Origin: Eledone cirrhosa
Taxonomy: Eukaryota
Length of the DNA stretch: 64,000 bases
NCBI GenBank assembly: GCA_964016885.1
Contig: OZ024740.1
Coordinates: 173,786,001-173,850,000 of the forward strand
Direction of reading: 5' to 3'
The notes beneath the pieces were generated by a model that was not told the origin of the DNA, made no database searches, and saw only the letters and a program-made list of their open reading frames with translations. The number at the start of each line of letters is the position of its first letter. Position 1 is the first letter of the stretch. The translations under genes were made by a program, and so were the position numbers. This document shows, one piece after another, positions 42,301-58,904 of the stretch.

Positions 42301-44250
42301 TATCACCTTGCTTGAGTTAAAAAAATATAACCTCCAGCAATGCATGATGACCATCGTCAATAACCAGAGAATAGCTGAAGAGAGGTGGGCCATTGAGAAA
42401 ATCAAACTCAACCCCAAAGTGTTCTTCTCATTCGCTAAAAAACACAAGGTCACCGTCTCCACTGTTGGCCCCCTAGTTGATGAAAATGGCACACTCCAGG
42501 ACAATGCCAAAACCATGGGCGAGATACTGCAGAAACAATACTGCTCTGTTTTCAGCAATCCTGATATGGCCGATCTGGGCCGTATCAGTGATGTTAATCC
42601 CCAACATATTATATCAGACATAACGTTTGGGGCCCCTGATGTCTTAGCGGCAATAAACGAAATTAAACAGTAGGCCCCGACAGGTTCCCTGCTTGTGTCC
42701 TGAAGGTGTGTCGACACCAACTTGAAACTCCTCTTGCTAATCTGTGGAGGAACTCACTGGACACTGGCTATATTCCTGAAAACTTTCTGTCCCAGTCCGT
42801 TGTCCTAGTCTTCAAAAAGGGAAATTGCAGTGAACTACCGTCCGATCTCACTCACCTCTCATATTATCAAGGTATTTGAGAGAGTGGTGAGATCATGAAT
42901 AACCCACTTTCTTGAAAGCAACGGCCTGCTGAACTCCAACCAACATGGCTTACGTAATGGAAGGGACTGCCTAACGCAGCTCCTGCATCACTTTGACGAT
43001 GTTCTGATAGACTTGGAAGAGGGCTCCAATACTGATGTCATCTACCTTGATTTCAGCAAGGCCTTCGACATAAGATTCTACTGAAAAAACTATCCAATGT
43101 TGGTGTCTCTGGAAGGTTTCTACAGTGGATCAAATGTTTCCTGACAGGCAGAACCCAGCATGTTGTAGTCGAAGGATTAAAATCAAGCCCTGCCAAAGTC
43201 AGCAGTGGCGTCCCACAAGGCCCACTTCTTTTCATCCACTACATTAATGACATTACTGACATCATCAAACACAGCAACATCAGAATCTTCGCAGATGATT
43301 CCAAGCTCCAAATGGTCATCAATGAGGTGGGTGACCAGACTTGCCTTCAGTCAGACCTACTGGCTGTTATCCAATGGGCAGAGATGAATAGTATGCTGTT
43401 GAATGAGGATAAATTTGAACTAATCCAGTTTGGAAAGAAGGATGCACTGAAACAACCATACTCTCTTCCTCCGGGTGAAACTCTGGTGGCTTCCAATAAC
43501 ATCAGAGACCTGGGAGTAATTGTGGACAACAATATAAGCTGGGCCACTCATATAAACAGCAAAGTTGATATGGCCCGCAGAATGTGTTCCTGGATTCTCA
43601 AAACTTTCCAGTCCACACTGTTGTCCTTCTCTTCTCCACTTTTGCCCGACCCCACCTTGAATACTGTTGTCCACTGTGGTCAACCCACACGAAACAAAGT
43701 ATCATGAAATTTGAAGCACCCCAAAGGTCAATTACAAATAAAGATAGATGGCATGACAGGCCTTGACTATTGGGGTCGATTAGATAAGTTTAAACTTTAT
43801 TCTCTCCAACGTCGCCGTGAGCGCTACATTATCTGCATCATGTGGAAAATATTCCATCAGTTTAGCCCAATGATGTTGGCATCACCTTTAGTGTACACCC
43901 AAGGCTTGGGCCCCGTGCTATCCGCCCACGACAAAAATCCCACTCGCATCACATAAAAACAATGCGGCACAATTATTTCACCTCAATTGGCCCTGCACTC
44001 TTTAACATTACACCAAAACACATCAAAGCAGAGACAGACCCCATCAAGTTCAAGAAGTCTTTGGATAAATTCCTTCAAGAAATTCCGGATAAGCCTCCTA
44101 CATCCGGATATGCCTCCGTAAACAATAAGTCTCTGCTCGAGTGGGCCATGGTGCCCAAACACTGATTTGTAAGACTTCGCCAGGTGGTGCTATTAAGTTA
44201 GACATGGCCTGGGCCAATACTGGCCGAAACCTATCAAAGTTATCAAAGTT
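39400..44250 (+). mobile_element. CR1-group LINE, near full length, decayed
   Basis: ORF1 pieces 39961-41155 with poly-Q/P/H and two CCCH-type repeats (CRHS..RLC...DC.FTH). ORF2 has APE (LTETHL, GLYRPP, DFNLP, LDLVF) and RT (NYRPISLTS, YLDFSKAFD, SGVPQG, FADDSK). Tail (tatcaaagt)2. The 5-prime boundary is approximate. Confidence 0.88.
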
Positions 44251-44258
44251 ATATATAC

Positions 44259-44348
<90 letters not shown>

Positions 44349-44393
44349 GTACACTTATATATATATATATATATACGTATATATATATATACG

Positions 44394-44425
<32 letters not shown>

Positions 44426-44450
44426 TATATACGTATATATATATATATAC

Positions 44451-44527
<77 letters not shown>

Positions 44528-44780
44528 CGTATATATATATATACATATATATATATACGTATATATATATATATAAAAGTATGTATACGTACATACGTAT
44601 ATGTATACAGACGTACAGTAGTATGTATATATATATACATACATGCACACATATATATATGTACGTTTGGATTCACCGAACATTTATTATAATGCTCGGT
44701 GTGTTTGTAAACAAACATCCCGTATTAAGCCGTAGTGCCTAGCAACCATCGTTGCTCGTTTGTTCAACAGTGACAAAGGA

Positions 44781-44823
44781 ACGCTGTACTAGTTTCAAGC
44801 TTATTAGCTATCGTCAGCAACGT
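44781..44823 (-). ncRNA. Minimal type I hammerhead
   Basis: ACGUUG-CUGACGA-UAGC UAAUAA GCUU-GAAA-CUAG-UA-CAGCGU, in a module of about 210 bp between (TA)n tracts. Confidence 0.82.
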
Positions 44824-44892
44824 ATACCTTCCTGCCAGATGATTGAAGGTGTGAAAGTATATACGGGTGAAAGTATATATATACATATATAT

Positions 44893-45443
<551 letters not shown>

Positions 45444-45556
45444 TATTGTTCTGCAACCCCATGCATTGAACCACAATGTTACTAAGACAAAACCTATATA
45501 TTTGCTAGCATTGATATGCATCTGTATGTATATATATGTTACTAGATATTAATTCT

Positions 45557-45588
<32 letters not shown>

Positions 45589-48500
45589 CGTCCTGGGTAT
45601 GTCCTGGGTATGACATTAAACTATATCCAGTGGCAAGGCTCCAGTTCGGGAGTTCAGGAGTTGTGGGGAATGTGGAGTTACCCCTTAGTTGTCATGACTC
45701 CCAGGTCTGCCCTTGCCCGGGGTGGTAGTACCTGTTAGGGCTCCATTTATGGGTTAAATAACTACCTTATTCGAGTGGCGCCGGTAAGGTATTGTCAGCC
45801 ATTGAAAAGAAATATGGAGAGTCGATCTAACACCACTAGGGTTAGAGCCCCTAATTATACTGTCAAGGAGCAGCCTGGTCGTTATGACTCTGCTGGCTTA
45901 GAGCCACAGAGAGGGCCAGTGGATGATGGATCAGCTGTCTCTGAGACAAATATAAAGAATGCAGTTTTGTCCTGCAGAATAGCCATCAAAATGGGCACTT
46001 TGAATGTGAGGACTATTCGGACGCTGGAGAAGAGAGAGGAGTTGGGACATCTGTTCAAGGAGAGTGGTATACAGATACTTGCGATCCAAGAACACAGGAT
46101 CCTACACGATGAGCCCGTGAGGAGTGTGATAATTGGGAAGAGGAGCCAGCTCATCACTACATCGGCAGTGAAGAACACAACAAATGCTGCAGTAGGAGGA
46201 GTGGGTTTTGTGTTCAGTGCAAAAACCAATCTGTTGGTGAGGGAAATAATGCCTATCTCCTCGCGAGTGTTGAGGGTGACCTTCAATGGAAACCCAAGAC
46301 TGACAGTCATCTCAGCCTATAGTCCAACCGAGGGGGACAGTGATGTGAGTGAGGAAGAGTTCCATGAGGAGGTGTGTAGAGCTGTCAACACCACTCAGAC
46401 ACACAATATCCTGCTTGTTTTGGGGGACTTCAATGCACATCTGAGTAAGGAGGGCAGTGAAGATCCTTGCTGGTACTTCCATAACAACACCAACCGAAAT
46501 GGAAGACTACTGAGAGACACCCTGCTGGAGGCAAACTTGATGGCGACCAACCTAAGGTTTAGGAAGAATCTGGGGAAGATGTGGACCTACATCTCGGATA
46601 TGCACCTGTCCAAGTCCCAGATTGATTTCATTCTGGTGAGGAAAAAGTGGCGGAATAGTGTTCTGAACACGGAACCATACAGCTATTTCAGTACACTGGG
46701 TAGTGACCACCGGCTTGTTATGAGTGAGGTCCGGGTGAGCTTAAGAAAGAGCAAGGCTCGACCCCGGAGAGCAATCTATGACTGGGGAGCTTTCAAGGAA
46801 GATGATAAGCTACAGGAGAAGTTCACAGTGGAAGTGAGAAACAGGTTTAGTGCTCTGTGTGGAGTGTCAGAGGAGAGAGAGATTGAATGGACTGAGGAGA
46901 GTGTGACGAGGAGGTACGGGCACTTCACCAATGCAGTGGCGGAAGCAAGTGAAACCCGAGGAAAAAGAACAAAGGGAAGCACGTCAGCTCTGCAAACCCA
47001 AAAGTGTGTGCAGCCAGAGAACACCTGAAGGCTGCCAAGGACCAAATCTATGCTGATCCTACGGAGGAGAGGATGGAGACTGTGGAGGTGATGAGGGAAG
47101 AACTCTGTACCGCTTACACTGAGGTCAGAGAGGAGGCACTGATAGAGAAGATCAGAAGTGTGGAGAGAGCGGTTGACAGATCTGGATGTAAGGAGAGCTG
47201 GATGATCATCAACGAGATCACAGGGAGGAAGAGAAGGTGTTCGAGTCAGATCCAGGGAACGGGGTTCGAGGATAGGAAGAGGAAGTGGCTAGACCATTTT
47301 AGGACCCTACTAGGAGAGCCACCCTCCACAGCCCAGAGCACTGGGGAGATCAGGCGGCTGTTTGAAGAACTGGATGTTGAGACAGAGCCCTTCACAAGAG
47401 AGGAGCTTCAGAGAGCCAAGAAGAGGATCAAGGAGGGCAAGGCTCATAGAGAAGATGGAGTGGCATCAGAGGTGATGAAGAGGTGTGACTTTGATGATAT
47501 CATCCTGGGGTTCTGTAACGGGGCACTGGAGAAGGGAGTTGCCCCGAATCAGTGGAGGATCAGTAACATCGTCCCAGTGCCAAAGAAGGGAGATCTCTCT
47601 AACACCAACAACTACAGGGGGATCTCACTGACGTCACTTGTGGCAAAGACCCTCAACAGGATGATTCTTAACAGGATCCAGCTTGAGATGGAGAAGAAGC
47701 TCAAGGACAACCAGAACGGCTTCAAAGAGGGTAGATCAACTACCAGTCACATCCTAATGCTGAGGAGGATATTAAAGGGAGCTAGAGCAAAGTGCCTTCC
47801 TGCGGTCATGGTTTTCATTGACTTTAGGAAGGCCTTTGATTCTGTGGACCGTTACTGCCTGATGAAGATCTTACAGGCTTATGGAATCCCCAAGAAGATA
47901 GTGGACCTGATATCACTGCTCTACACCAACACCAAAGCCCAAGTCATTATACCTGATGGGATGACAGAGTTCTTTGAGATACTGGCTGGTGTGCTCCAGG
48001 GAGATACATTGGCTCCCTACCTTTTTATCCTCGTAGTGGACTATTGTATGCGCCTTGCACTGGAGAAACACCAGGACTCTGGCTTTACTGTGGCACCGGC
48101 TCAGAGCAGGAGAGTTAGGGCGAAAAAGGTATCGGATGCTGAATTTGCCGACGACATAGTTTTGGTGACAAATACAGTGAAGGAGGCAGAGGATTTGATG
48201 CAGGAGGTTGAGACTGTGTCGATGAGTGTGGGGCTGAGAATGAATGAGACTAAAACAAAATATCTGGTAGAGAATGTTGAGAAGCCAGAGGGGATCACTA
48301 ATGTAGGCGGGAAGCCGCTAGAATTGCTTGAGGGCTTCCTGTATTTGGGAGCAAAGATTGGGAATACGGAAGATGATGTGGTTGAGAGGAAGAGCAAGGC
48401 CTGGGCGGCGTGCCACAGCTTGAGATCGGTGTGGAAGTCGGACCTTCGTAGAGACCTGAAAATCCGCCTCTTCATTGCTGTAGTGGAGTTTGTGCTGATG

Positions 48501-48902
48501 TATGGGTCTGAGACTTGGACACTGACCAAGAAACTCACTTAGATGGTGGATGGGTGCTACACGAGAAAGCTGAGGAGGGCTCTGAACATTAATCAGTATA
48601 CACTGAGGATGAAAAACTCAGAGCTGTATGGGAGCATCCCAAAAGTCAGCTCAAAAGTGACACAGAGGAGACTGAGGTTAGCTGGACATGCTCACCGACA
48701 TCCAGAGTTGACATTGCACTCAGTGCTCCTTTGGGAGCCCCCCCGTGGACACACTAGAAGAGGAAGACCAATGTTAACGTATGTTGATGCCCTAAGGACA
48801 GACACTGGTCTGTTGGAGACGCGGGACATGGCAGCGATAATGAGGGACAGAGACCGCTGGAGAGAACTCGTCCATGGATCCCGTGAATTTTACCCGCCTT
48901 AG
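45589..48902 (+). mobile_element. Full-length RTE-group LINE (APE + RT), one frameshift and one stop, inserted in (TA)n
   Basis: GTLNVRT, IQEHR, SAYSPT, GDFNAH, SQIDFIL, SDH; NYRGISL, FIDFRKAFDSV, GVLQGDTLAPYLF, EFADD, RGRP. Confidence 0.92.
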
Positions 48903-48920
48903 ATATATATATATATATAT

Positions 48921-51939
<3,019 letters not shown>

Positions 51940-52395
51940 AGAATATTTTCGAAACAGCGAGTGGATTTGAAATTATTAGAAATGTTAGCTATAGCCGTAT
52001 TTTGACGTACGTCAATACTCATCTTTTTCCATTTCTCCGAGGGTTCTTAACCCCACTATCAGGCTAAATAATTTCTTTAATTTCTTTAGTCAAAATACGG
52101 CGATAGCTAACATTTCTAATAATATATATATATATATATAGTAATAATAATAATAGTAATAATAATAATAGTAATAATAATAATAGTAATAATAATAAAT
52201 TTGAAGACTAAAATCCAAAGAGGGCTCGATAAGGATAAATATATATAAAATATATAAGAACCGTAGAGCAAATATTTATTAAAATAACAGATTAAAGTTT
52301 CAGCAAAGAATCGCTGCTTTCACCCTTAACGGGATCTTTTGAAACTAACAAAGTCAATCTGCAAAGTCCATAACACCAATCAAACCCCTTTTATA

Positions 52396-52442
52396 GCTCT
52401 GATGAATCCTACGGTTACACGTAAGAAAGAAACATTGTTAGC
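52396..52442 (+). ncRNA. Type I hammerhead
   Basis: GCU-CUGAUGA-AUCCUACG GUUACA CGUAAGAAA-GAAA-CAUUG-UU-AGC; module 52365-52586 is homologous to 60353-60571. Confidence 0.72.
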
Positions 52443-52584
52443 CAATAAAAATCTTTTGATGTTGTAGACGCTCTTGTGTTCTTTTTCATATATACGGCTC
52501 TGCTCCAAAGCATAGAGCTAATTATTATGCTGCCAATACCTTAACGGGACACGGGTATATAATACCTAACTCCTACTAACCTAA

Positions 52585-52712
<128 letters not shown>

Positions 52713-52713
52713 G

Positions 52714-52778
<65 letters not shown>

Positions 52779-52838
52779 GTATATATATATACATATATGT
52801 AAATATACGTATATATCTATATACGTATATATATATAC

Positions 52839-52916
<78 letters not shown>

Positions 52917-52947
52917 GTATATATATATATACGTATATATATACGTA

Positions 52948-52981
<34 letters not shown>

Positions 52982-53053
52982 CATTATGAAGAGAGAAGAA
53001 ACATTTAGATATAATTAGTAATAAAATGTATCATACCTAAACTGCTACTAGAT

Positions 53054-53143
53054 TCCTCGACTACGTAGTTTCGTGGCATAAACAAAAACAGTACATCATA
53101 AAGATATAGAGCCCTTGCGAGGTCTGCCGACTTATCAAGAGGA
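53054..53143 (-). ncRNA. Type I hammerhead, U3-A8 core variant (copy 1)
   Basis: UCCUC-UUGAUAA-GUCGGCA..UGCCAC-GAAA-CUACGUAG-UC-GAGGA. Confidence 0.8.
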
Positions 53144-53646
53144 TACCTCATTTTACTAGCTTCAAGAACGCGTCTACACGACGTGAGAAAGAATCCCAAA
53201 AGGCGGAGGGGGAGATAGTCACGCGATATAACGGTCGAGAAACAGAGCTAAGCCTCTTATAACCCCGAAGAAAATACCACGGAGGCGGAGGGGATATTTA
53301 TATCGAAGCCGTAGAAGAGGTGGTAAAGGAGACGAGGAGTATGAGTAATGGCAGCTTTCCAGCTGTCACCACACTTCAAAGATTACTCGACCAGAGGGAG
53401 TTATGAACAATATATTTAGAAACACACAGATACATGCGGACACACACATATACATGAATGCATCCGCATCCAACCGTGAGTTAATGGTGCCAACCTTACC
53501 GATGTTGCTCAATGAATGACTGGGACAGACCAATCCGGTTGAACCAGACTGAAGCAGTATCAGAGTTAAAAATACATTATGAAGAGAGAAGAAACATTTA
53601 GATATAATTAGTAATAAAATGTATCATACCTAAACTGCTCCTAGAT

Positions 53647-53736
53647 TCCTCGACTACGTAGTTTCGTGGCATAAACAAAAACAGTACATCATAAAGATAT
53701 AGAGCCCTTGCGAGGTCTGCCGACTTATCAAGAGGA
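53647..53736 (-). ncRNA. Type I hammerhead, U3-A8 core variant (copy 2)
   Basis: Same sequence as 53054-53143, offset 593. Confidence 0.8.
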
Positions 53737-53941
53737 TACCTCATTTTACTAGCTTCATCTAAATGTTTCTTCTCTCTTCATAATGTATTTTTAACTCTGA
53801 TACTGCTTCAGTCTGGTTCAACCGGATTGGTCTGTCCCAGTCATTCATTGAGCAACATCGGTAAGGTTGGCACCAGTAACTCACGGTTTGATGTGGATGC
53901 ATTCATGTATATGTGTGTCCCCGCATGTATCTGTGTGTTTC

Positions 53942-54055
<114 letters not shown>

Positions 54056-54102
54056 CGTATATATATATATATACGTATATTTATATATATATATATATAT
54101 AC

Positions 54103-54253
<151 letters not shown>

Positions 54254-54254
54254 C

Positions 54255-54319
<65 letters not shown>

Positions 54320-54321
54320 CG

Positions 54322-54363
<42 letters not shown>

Positions 54364-54364
54364 C

Positions 54365-54421
<57 letters not shown>

Positions 54422-54422
54422 C

Positions 54423-54528
<106 letters not shown>

Positions 54529-54732
54529 ATATTTGGGGAGGGTCATATTTGCGTAATATTGCCAGAATTAATAACAGAACACACTCACTGTTTGGTTGGT
54601 TTTCGCTTCTCGCTGTCTTTTATATATATATATCTGCGATCTAACTTACTCGGTCCTCAATGTTGCCATTGACTGACCGGCGGTCAAAAATAATACAGAT
54701 ACAATATAGACAAACACATATATATATAGTTT

Positions 54733-54774
54733 ACATAAATCTTTCGTTGCACATCTGCAACATCGTCAGTGGTG
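54733..54774 (-). ncRNA. Minimal hammerhead in the 3-prime pLTR
   Basis: CA-CUGACGA-U-GUUGCA GAUG UGCAAC-GAAA-GAUU-UA-UG; stem I is only about 2 bp. Confidence 0.68.
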
Positions 54775-55043
54775 TTATATTCATTGTTCCTCCTGTTGTG
54801 TTGTATGTCTACGCCATTTTTTTTTTGTTCAGTCTGTCTATATATTTATTTATTTATTTGCTTGTTTGTTTATCTTATTTTATTTTGTCTTCTTTGCGCA
54901 TGCGTTTGCGTGTGTGTATAGTGTTATGTGTGATGTGTGACTAGTGTGTATAGTGTTGTGTCTGCTGGGTGACTAGTGTGTGTTTATGTGCTTGTGTATG
55001 TATTTATTTATCTTATTTTATTTAATTTAATTTACTTATTTAT

Positions 55044-58000
55044 TTATACTTCTCTTAGGTCAGTGTTGTTTGTTTGGGTGTTGTTGTTGTTCCACTCATT
55101 CTTTCTGTTTAGCTTTGGTCTTCTAATTTCTATTTCACTGGCCTCTCTGATTTGACTATCTGCTGGGTCATTCCTATGTTTAGATATTATTCTAATTTCT
55201 ATGTTGTCTATGTTACCGTCATGATGTTGTCTAGCATGTTCGTATAGTACTGACCCGTTTTTTCGTCCTTTTAGTTCCCCCCAGTGTTGGTCTATCCTTT
55301 CACCTATGCTACGAGCTGTCTCACCTATGTATGTTGTTGTCGTGTTTCTGCAAGTACCCTCTGTACATCTTATGCTATAGACTACGTTTCTAGTTTTACA
55401 GTTTATCCGGGGGTTCACCTTACATATGATACATTTCCTATTGGTACAGTGGGTTTTCTTAAAAGGGTAGGTTTTGCTGATCAGGGATTTTATGGTGGTT
55501 CCTGGCTTTTCTACCACCTTTATTTTTAAGTGGGTCTTTCTCAGGGCCTTTCTACACTGGTTAGCTAATTTCCCTCCAGGGGTGGCGTCCACAAACATGA
55601 CACTCTGATATCTCTGGTTGTCGTACCATGATGTGGCCTTCCCTATCTTATGTCTAGCCCTATCTAAGCTATTCCATGATTTGCTCCTGTATAGTGGGCA
55701 AATTCCTTTCATGTCCAGTTCTATGAGGGTCTTATACTTTTCCATGGCTCCTTCGTATACTCTGACTCTGTCTCTTTGGTTGTAGCCAGAGAACTGCATG
55801 CGGTTGATGAAGTGTTGGATGTGTCCTTCCATTTCTGTTGGGTCGCACATGCTGGACACATTCTTCATCACTCGTACCAAATCTGCGATCAGAATATTAA
55901 ACTTAGCACTACTGGACATTGCTGAGTTTTTGAGTATCAGGTATTTGGAGGCCATGGGTTTAGCATAGTGTGAGTGGAGAATTTGGGCTCTCTCGTCTAT
56001 AGTGTTAATCCAGAGTTCTGTGTCTAATACAGGTAGTCTATTGTTAGGGTGTTTGGAGGGGAAGTCTATAGTTACAGTTATACTCTGGTGTATGGAATTA
56101 GCTATCTGCTGGATGCTTTCCATCGTGCTACGTTCTAAATCAAACTTGTTAGTGCTCTCTAGTGGGGGTGTTCTTATAACTATATTGATATCGTCTACAT
56201 AACGAGAGTACATGATGAGGTCTATGGAGCTTTCATTAAGGAGATCTTTAAGTCTCCTTTCCCACCATACCATGAAAAGGTTGGCAACATCACCAGCTAT
56301 GCTGACGCCGATGGCTGCTCCCTCATTTTGGGTGTAGATTTTCTCATTGAACTTAAATATGTGGCCCTTTAGGGTAGTTTTGATACTAGCCCCTATTGCA
56401 TGTGCGACCATTTTTCTTACCTGATCAGTGTTTTGGGGGGTCCGTATAGCTTTGGTCCACCCAATCCACCTTCCTATGGGAGTCTTTTTAGCCATTGAGG
56501 TTATGGTGGGGGGTCTACCTCTTATAGGTCTACTAGGGCAGAAACATCTAAGGTCATGGCTGTCTAGGTAGTCAGTGTCGTAGGTAAGTCTAAGTAGGAG
56601 GCCCAGTTCGTCTGTGTCGACGTCGCAGAACTCCACCTCACTCTCAATGATCATCTCCACACATCTTTTCACAGCAAAATCAATGTTAATGGATGGGTAC
56701 AGTGACACCACATCCATGCTGCCTATTATGCAGTTGGATAGGCTCCTGTTTTTGTTGCACTCACTGATTCTGCTGAGGAGGTCCTCTGTACTTTCACATA
56801 CATCTGGGGACATCTTGATTATGGGGCGTATAACCATTGAGAGGAAGTAGGAGATCCTGTAGTTGCTAGCTATATTAGCTCCGCATACAGGTCTTGTTGG
56901 TGGTCCTGTTGTCGGGTCGTCGACTGTCTTGTGGTCTTTGCGGAGCCCATACAAGGGTGGTATGCCATTGTTAGACGCCTGGAAGTTGTTGGCAGTGCGT
57001 CTGCTTGGCTTTAGGATGTCAGTCCACATCATCATGTGAGCGTTGAGGATTTTTTCTCTCCCATCGTGTGTTAGTTGTGCAACTTCGCTCGTCTTGGTGA
57101 TGTGGGGTTGCATTGCCTCGATGTAGTTCGGCATGCTATCTATTGACATCCTACCAGACTTATCTGTGGGTAGACACACTACCTCACCATCCCTTGTGCG
57201 CTGCTTGAGGCTAACCAAGCCTTCTACAGGTTTTATCCCAAGTTGTTGGGCCTCTGGTCTGCTCTGTCTCATAGTGTACCTGTCTACTACTTGTCTAATC
57301 TTATTTCTAGCTATGGTGAACTGTGCCTCCGTCTCGTCATCTATTTGTTGTGGTATGCAAACTCTTTTATTAAAGGGTAACCTCCTAGGATAGATATTAC
57401 CCATCTTATATGTTTTGTCAGCTGGGTTGAAAAATAGTTTCTCTAAGGGGTTGTCGTTATTTCTATCGTCATAGTTGTGTGTGTTGCTATTATTGTTATC
57501 ATGGTGGTTGTTGTTGTTTCTATCATTAGCATTAATATTATTATTGTTATGATTGCTAGATGTATTGTTGTTTACTTCACCGTTATTGTTGTTGTTGTTA
57601 CTGCTATTTCTACCATTGTGGTTGTTACTATTATTATGTTTCTTGTTTTTGTTGATGTTGCTACGTGTACTATTTCCATTATTACCACTGTGGTTATTGT
57701 TGTTGTTGTTGTTCGTATTGTTACCGTTATTACTACTGTGGTCACTGTTGCTGTGTCTGTGGTTAACGTTTCTATTATTATTATTATTGTGGTTGTTGTT
57801 GTTCTGTCTATCGCTAGTATTATTACCATTATCACTATTTCTCACTTTCCTGCCATTGTTATGGTTATGGCTGTTATTTCTATACCCAGAGTTATTGTTT
57901 ATATTACTACTACCGTTATTATTGTTGTTGTTGTTTACCTTTGCATTCCAACGTATTTTTGTGAAACACTTTTCCAGCTCCGTTTTGCATTCCATAGGGT

Positions 58001-58676
58001 TAATCTTTTTGTAGATGGCAAATTTTGGTGGTAACTTTAGGATTTGTTGTTCTTGTTCACTGATTAAAGTGTTCCCATAGATATTTACTGTGTGGTCATT
58101 GGTAAATTCTTCCGGTAGTTTTACATCACTCATACGGATGTTGTCGATGTTATCTGGGTATTTTTGAGAATATTCGATTTTCCTTTCTTGTAGTTTTTTC
58201 TTATTCATCCATTCTAATTTCTTCTTGAAATGCCTACAGCATTCGTTTTGAGCATATTTCGTTTCGCGTCGGATGACGCTCATGAAGTCATCTCTCTCGT
58301 TTGCTGTGATGAGATTTCGGATTTCCTTACCGTTGATGCGTTTTTGTCTGTAGAGTGCGTTGACTTTTGTGTATGTTGTTCTTTTCATATTAACTGTTAT
58401 TGTGTGTTTTAGCCGTTCAGCTTGTGTTTTGTTCAATAATAAATTATTTACTTGTTTTGATATGTTTGTTGTGTATGTTTTGGAGGAAACACAGTGTTTT
58501 AAGAAGCGGATTTGTTCTGTTGTTATTGTAGTTTTTATATAACAGAAAACAGTGTCTTTCAATAACCTTTCAGCTTGGCACAAGCTAATGCCATAGCGGC
58601 GATGAATTAGTTTTGCGAGGTTTTTTATATGAAATCGTGTGTCGAAACAGATATTGTTATATTTGGGGAGGGTCAT
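55044..58676 (-). CDS. PLE polyprotein, 1210 aa: N-terminal domain with Asn-rich insert, RT, thumb, Cys linker, GIY-YIG endonuclease
   Basis: PTDKSG, LYGLRKDHK, TRPVC, GSMDVVSLYPSI, QNEGAAIG, YSRYVDDI, LPVLD, VVYSIRC..C..YIGETARSIGERI..H, EH...HH, REA..I..P.LN. Confidence 0.93.
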   Translation of the reverse strand: MTLPKYNNICFDTRFHIKNLAKLIHRRYGISLCQAERLLKDTVFCYIKTTITTEQIRFLKHCVSSKTYTTNISKQVNNLLLNKTQAERLKHTITVNMKRTTYTKVNALYRQKRINGKEIRNLITANERDDFMSVIRRETKYAQNECCRHFKKKLEWMNKKKLQERKIEYSQKYPDNIDNIRMSDVKLPEEFTNDHTVNIYGNTLISEQEQQILKLPPKFAIYKKINPMECKTELEKCFTKIRWNAKVNNNNNNNGSSNINNNSGYRNNSHNHNNGRKVRNSDNGNNTSDRQNNNNHNNNNNRNVNHRHSNSDHSSNNGNNTNNNNNNNHSGNNGNSTRSNINKNKKHNNSNNHNGRNSSNNNNNNGEVNNNTSSNHNNNNINANDRNNNNHHDNNNSNTHNYDDRNNDNPLEKLFFNPADKTYKMGNIYPRRLPFNKRVCIPQQIDDETEAQFTIARNKIRQVVDRYTMRQSRPEAQQLGIKPVEGLVSLKQRTRDGEVVCLPTDKSGRMSIDSMPNYIEAMQPHITKTSEVAQLTHDGREKILNAHMMMWTDILKPSRRTANNFQASNNGIPPLYGLRKDHKTVDDPTTGPPTRPVCGANIASNYRISYFLSMVIRPIIKMSPDVCESTEDLLSRISECNKNRSLSNCIIGSMDVVSLYPSINIDFAVKRCVEMIIESEVEFCDVDTDELGLLLRLTYDTDYLDSHDLRCFCPSRPIRGRPPTITSMAKKTPIGRWIGWTKAIRTPQNTDQVRKMVAHAIGASIKTTLKGHIFKFNEKIYTQNEGAAIGVSIAGDVANLFMVWWERRLKDLLNESSIDLIMYSRYVDDINIVIRTPPLESTNKFDLERSTMESIQQIANSIHQSITVTIDFPSKHPNNRLPVLDTELWINTIDERAQILHSHYAKPMASKYLILKNSAMSSSAKFNILIADLVRVMKNVSSMCDPTEMEGHIQHFINRMQFSGYNQRDRVRVYEGAMEKYKTLIELDMKGICPLYRSKSWNSLDRARHKIGKATSWYDNQRYQSVMFVDATPGGKLANQCRKALRKTHLKIKVVEKPGTTIKSLISKTYPFKKTHCTNRKCIICKVNPRINCKTRNVVYSIRCTEGTCRNTTTTYIGETARSIGERIDQHWGELKGRKNGSVLYEHARQHHDGNIDNIEIRIISKHRNDPADSQIREASEIEIRRPKLNRKNEWNNNNTQTNNTDLREV

Positions 58677-58862
58677 ATTTGCGTAATATTGCCAGAATTA
58701 ATAACAGAACACACTCACTGTTTGGTTGGTTTTCGCTTCTCGCTGTCTTTTATATATATATATCTGCGATCTAACTTACTCGGTCCTCAATGTTGCCATT
58801 GACTGACCGGCGGTCAAAAATAATACAGATACAATATAGACAAACACATATATATATAGTTT

Positions 58863-58904
58863 ACATAAATCTTTCGTTGCACATCTGCAACATCGTCAGT
58901 GGTG
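58863..58904 (-). ncRNA. Minimal hammerhead in the 5-prime pLTR
   Basis: Same sequence as 54733-54774. Confidence 0.68.

Noticed and set aside
45600-45780. HDV-like ribozyme in the RTE leader
   Set aside because: Hairpins are visible, but I could not assign P1/P1.1/P2/P3 or the catalytic C by eye.
51972-52123. 35-bp inverted repeats around a CUGAUAG..hairpin motif
   Set aside because: The inverted repeat is real and is probably another PLE-type inversion, but the HHR core is not satisfied.
55044-58676. Telomerase, group II intron RT or Naiad-type selenoprotein PLE
   Set aside because: The C-terminal GIY-YIG and pLTRs identify a canonical-order PLE, and there are no in-frame TGA codons.
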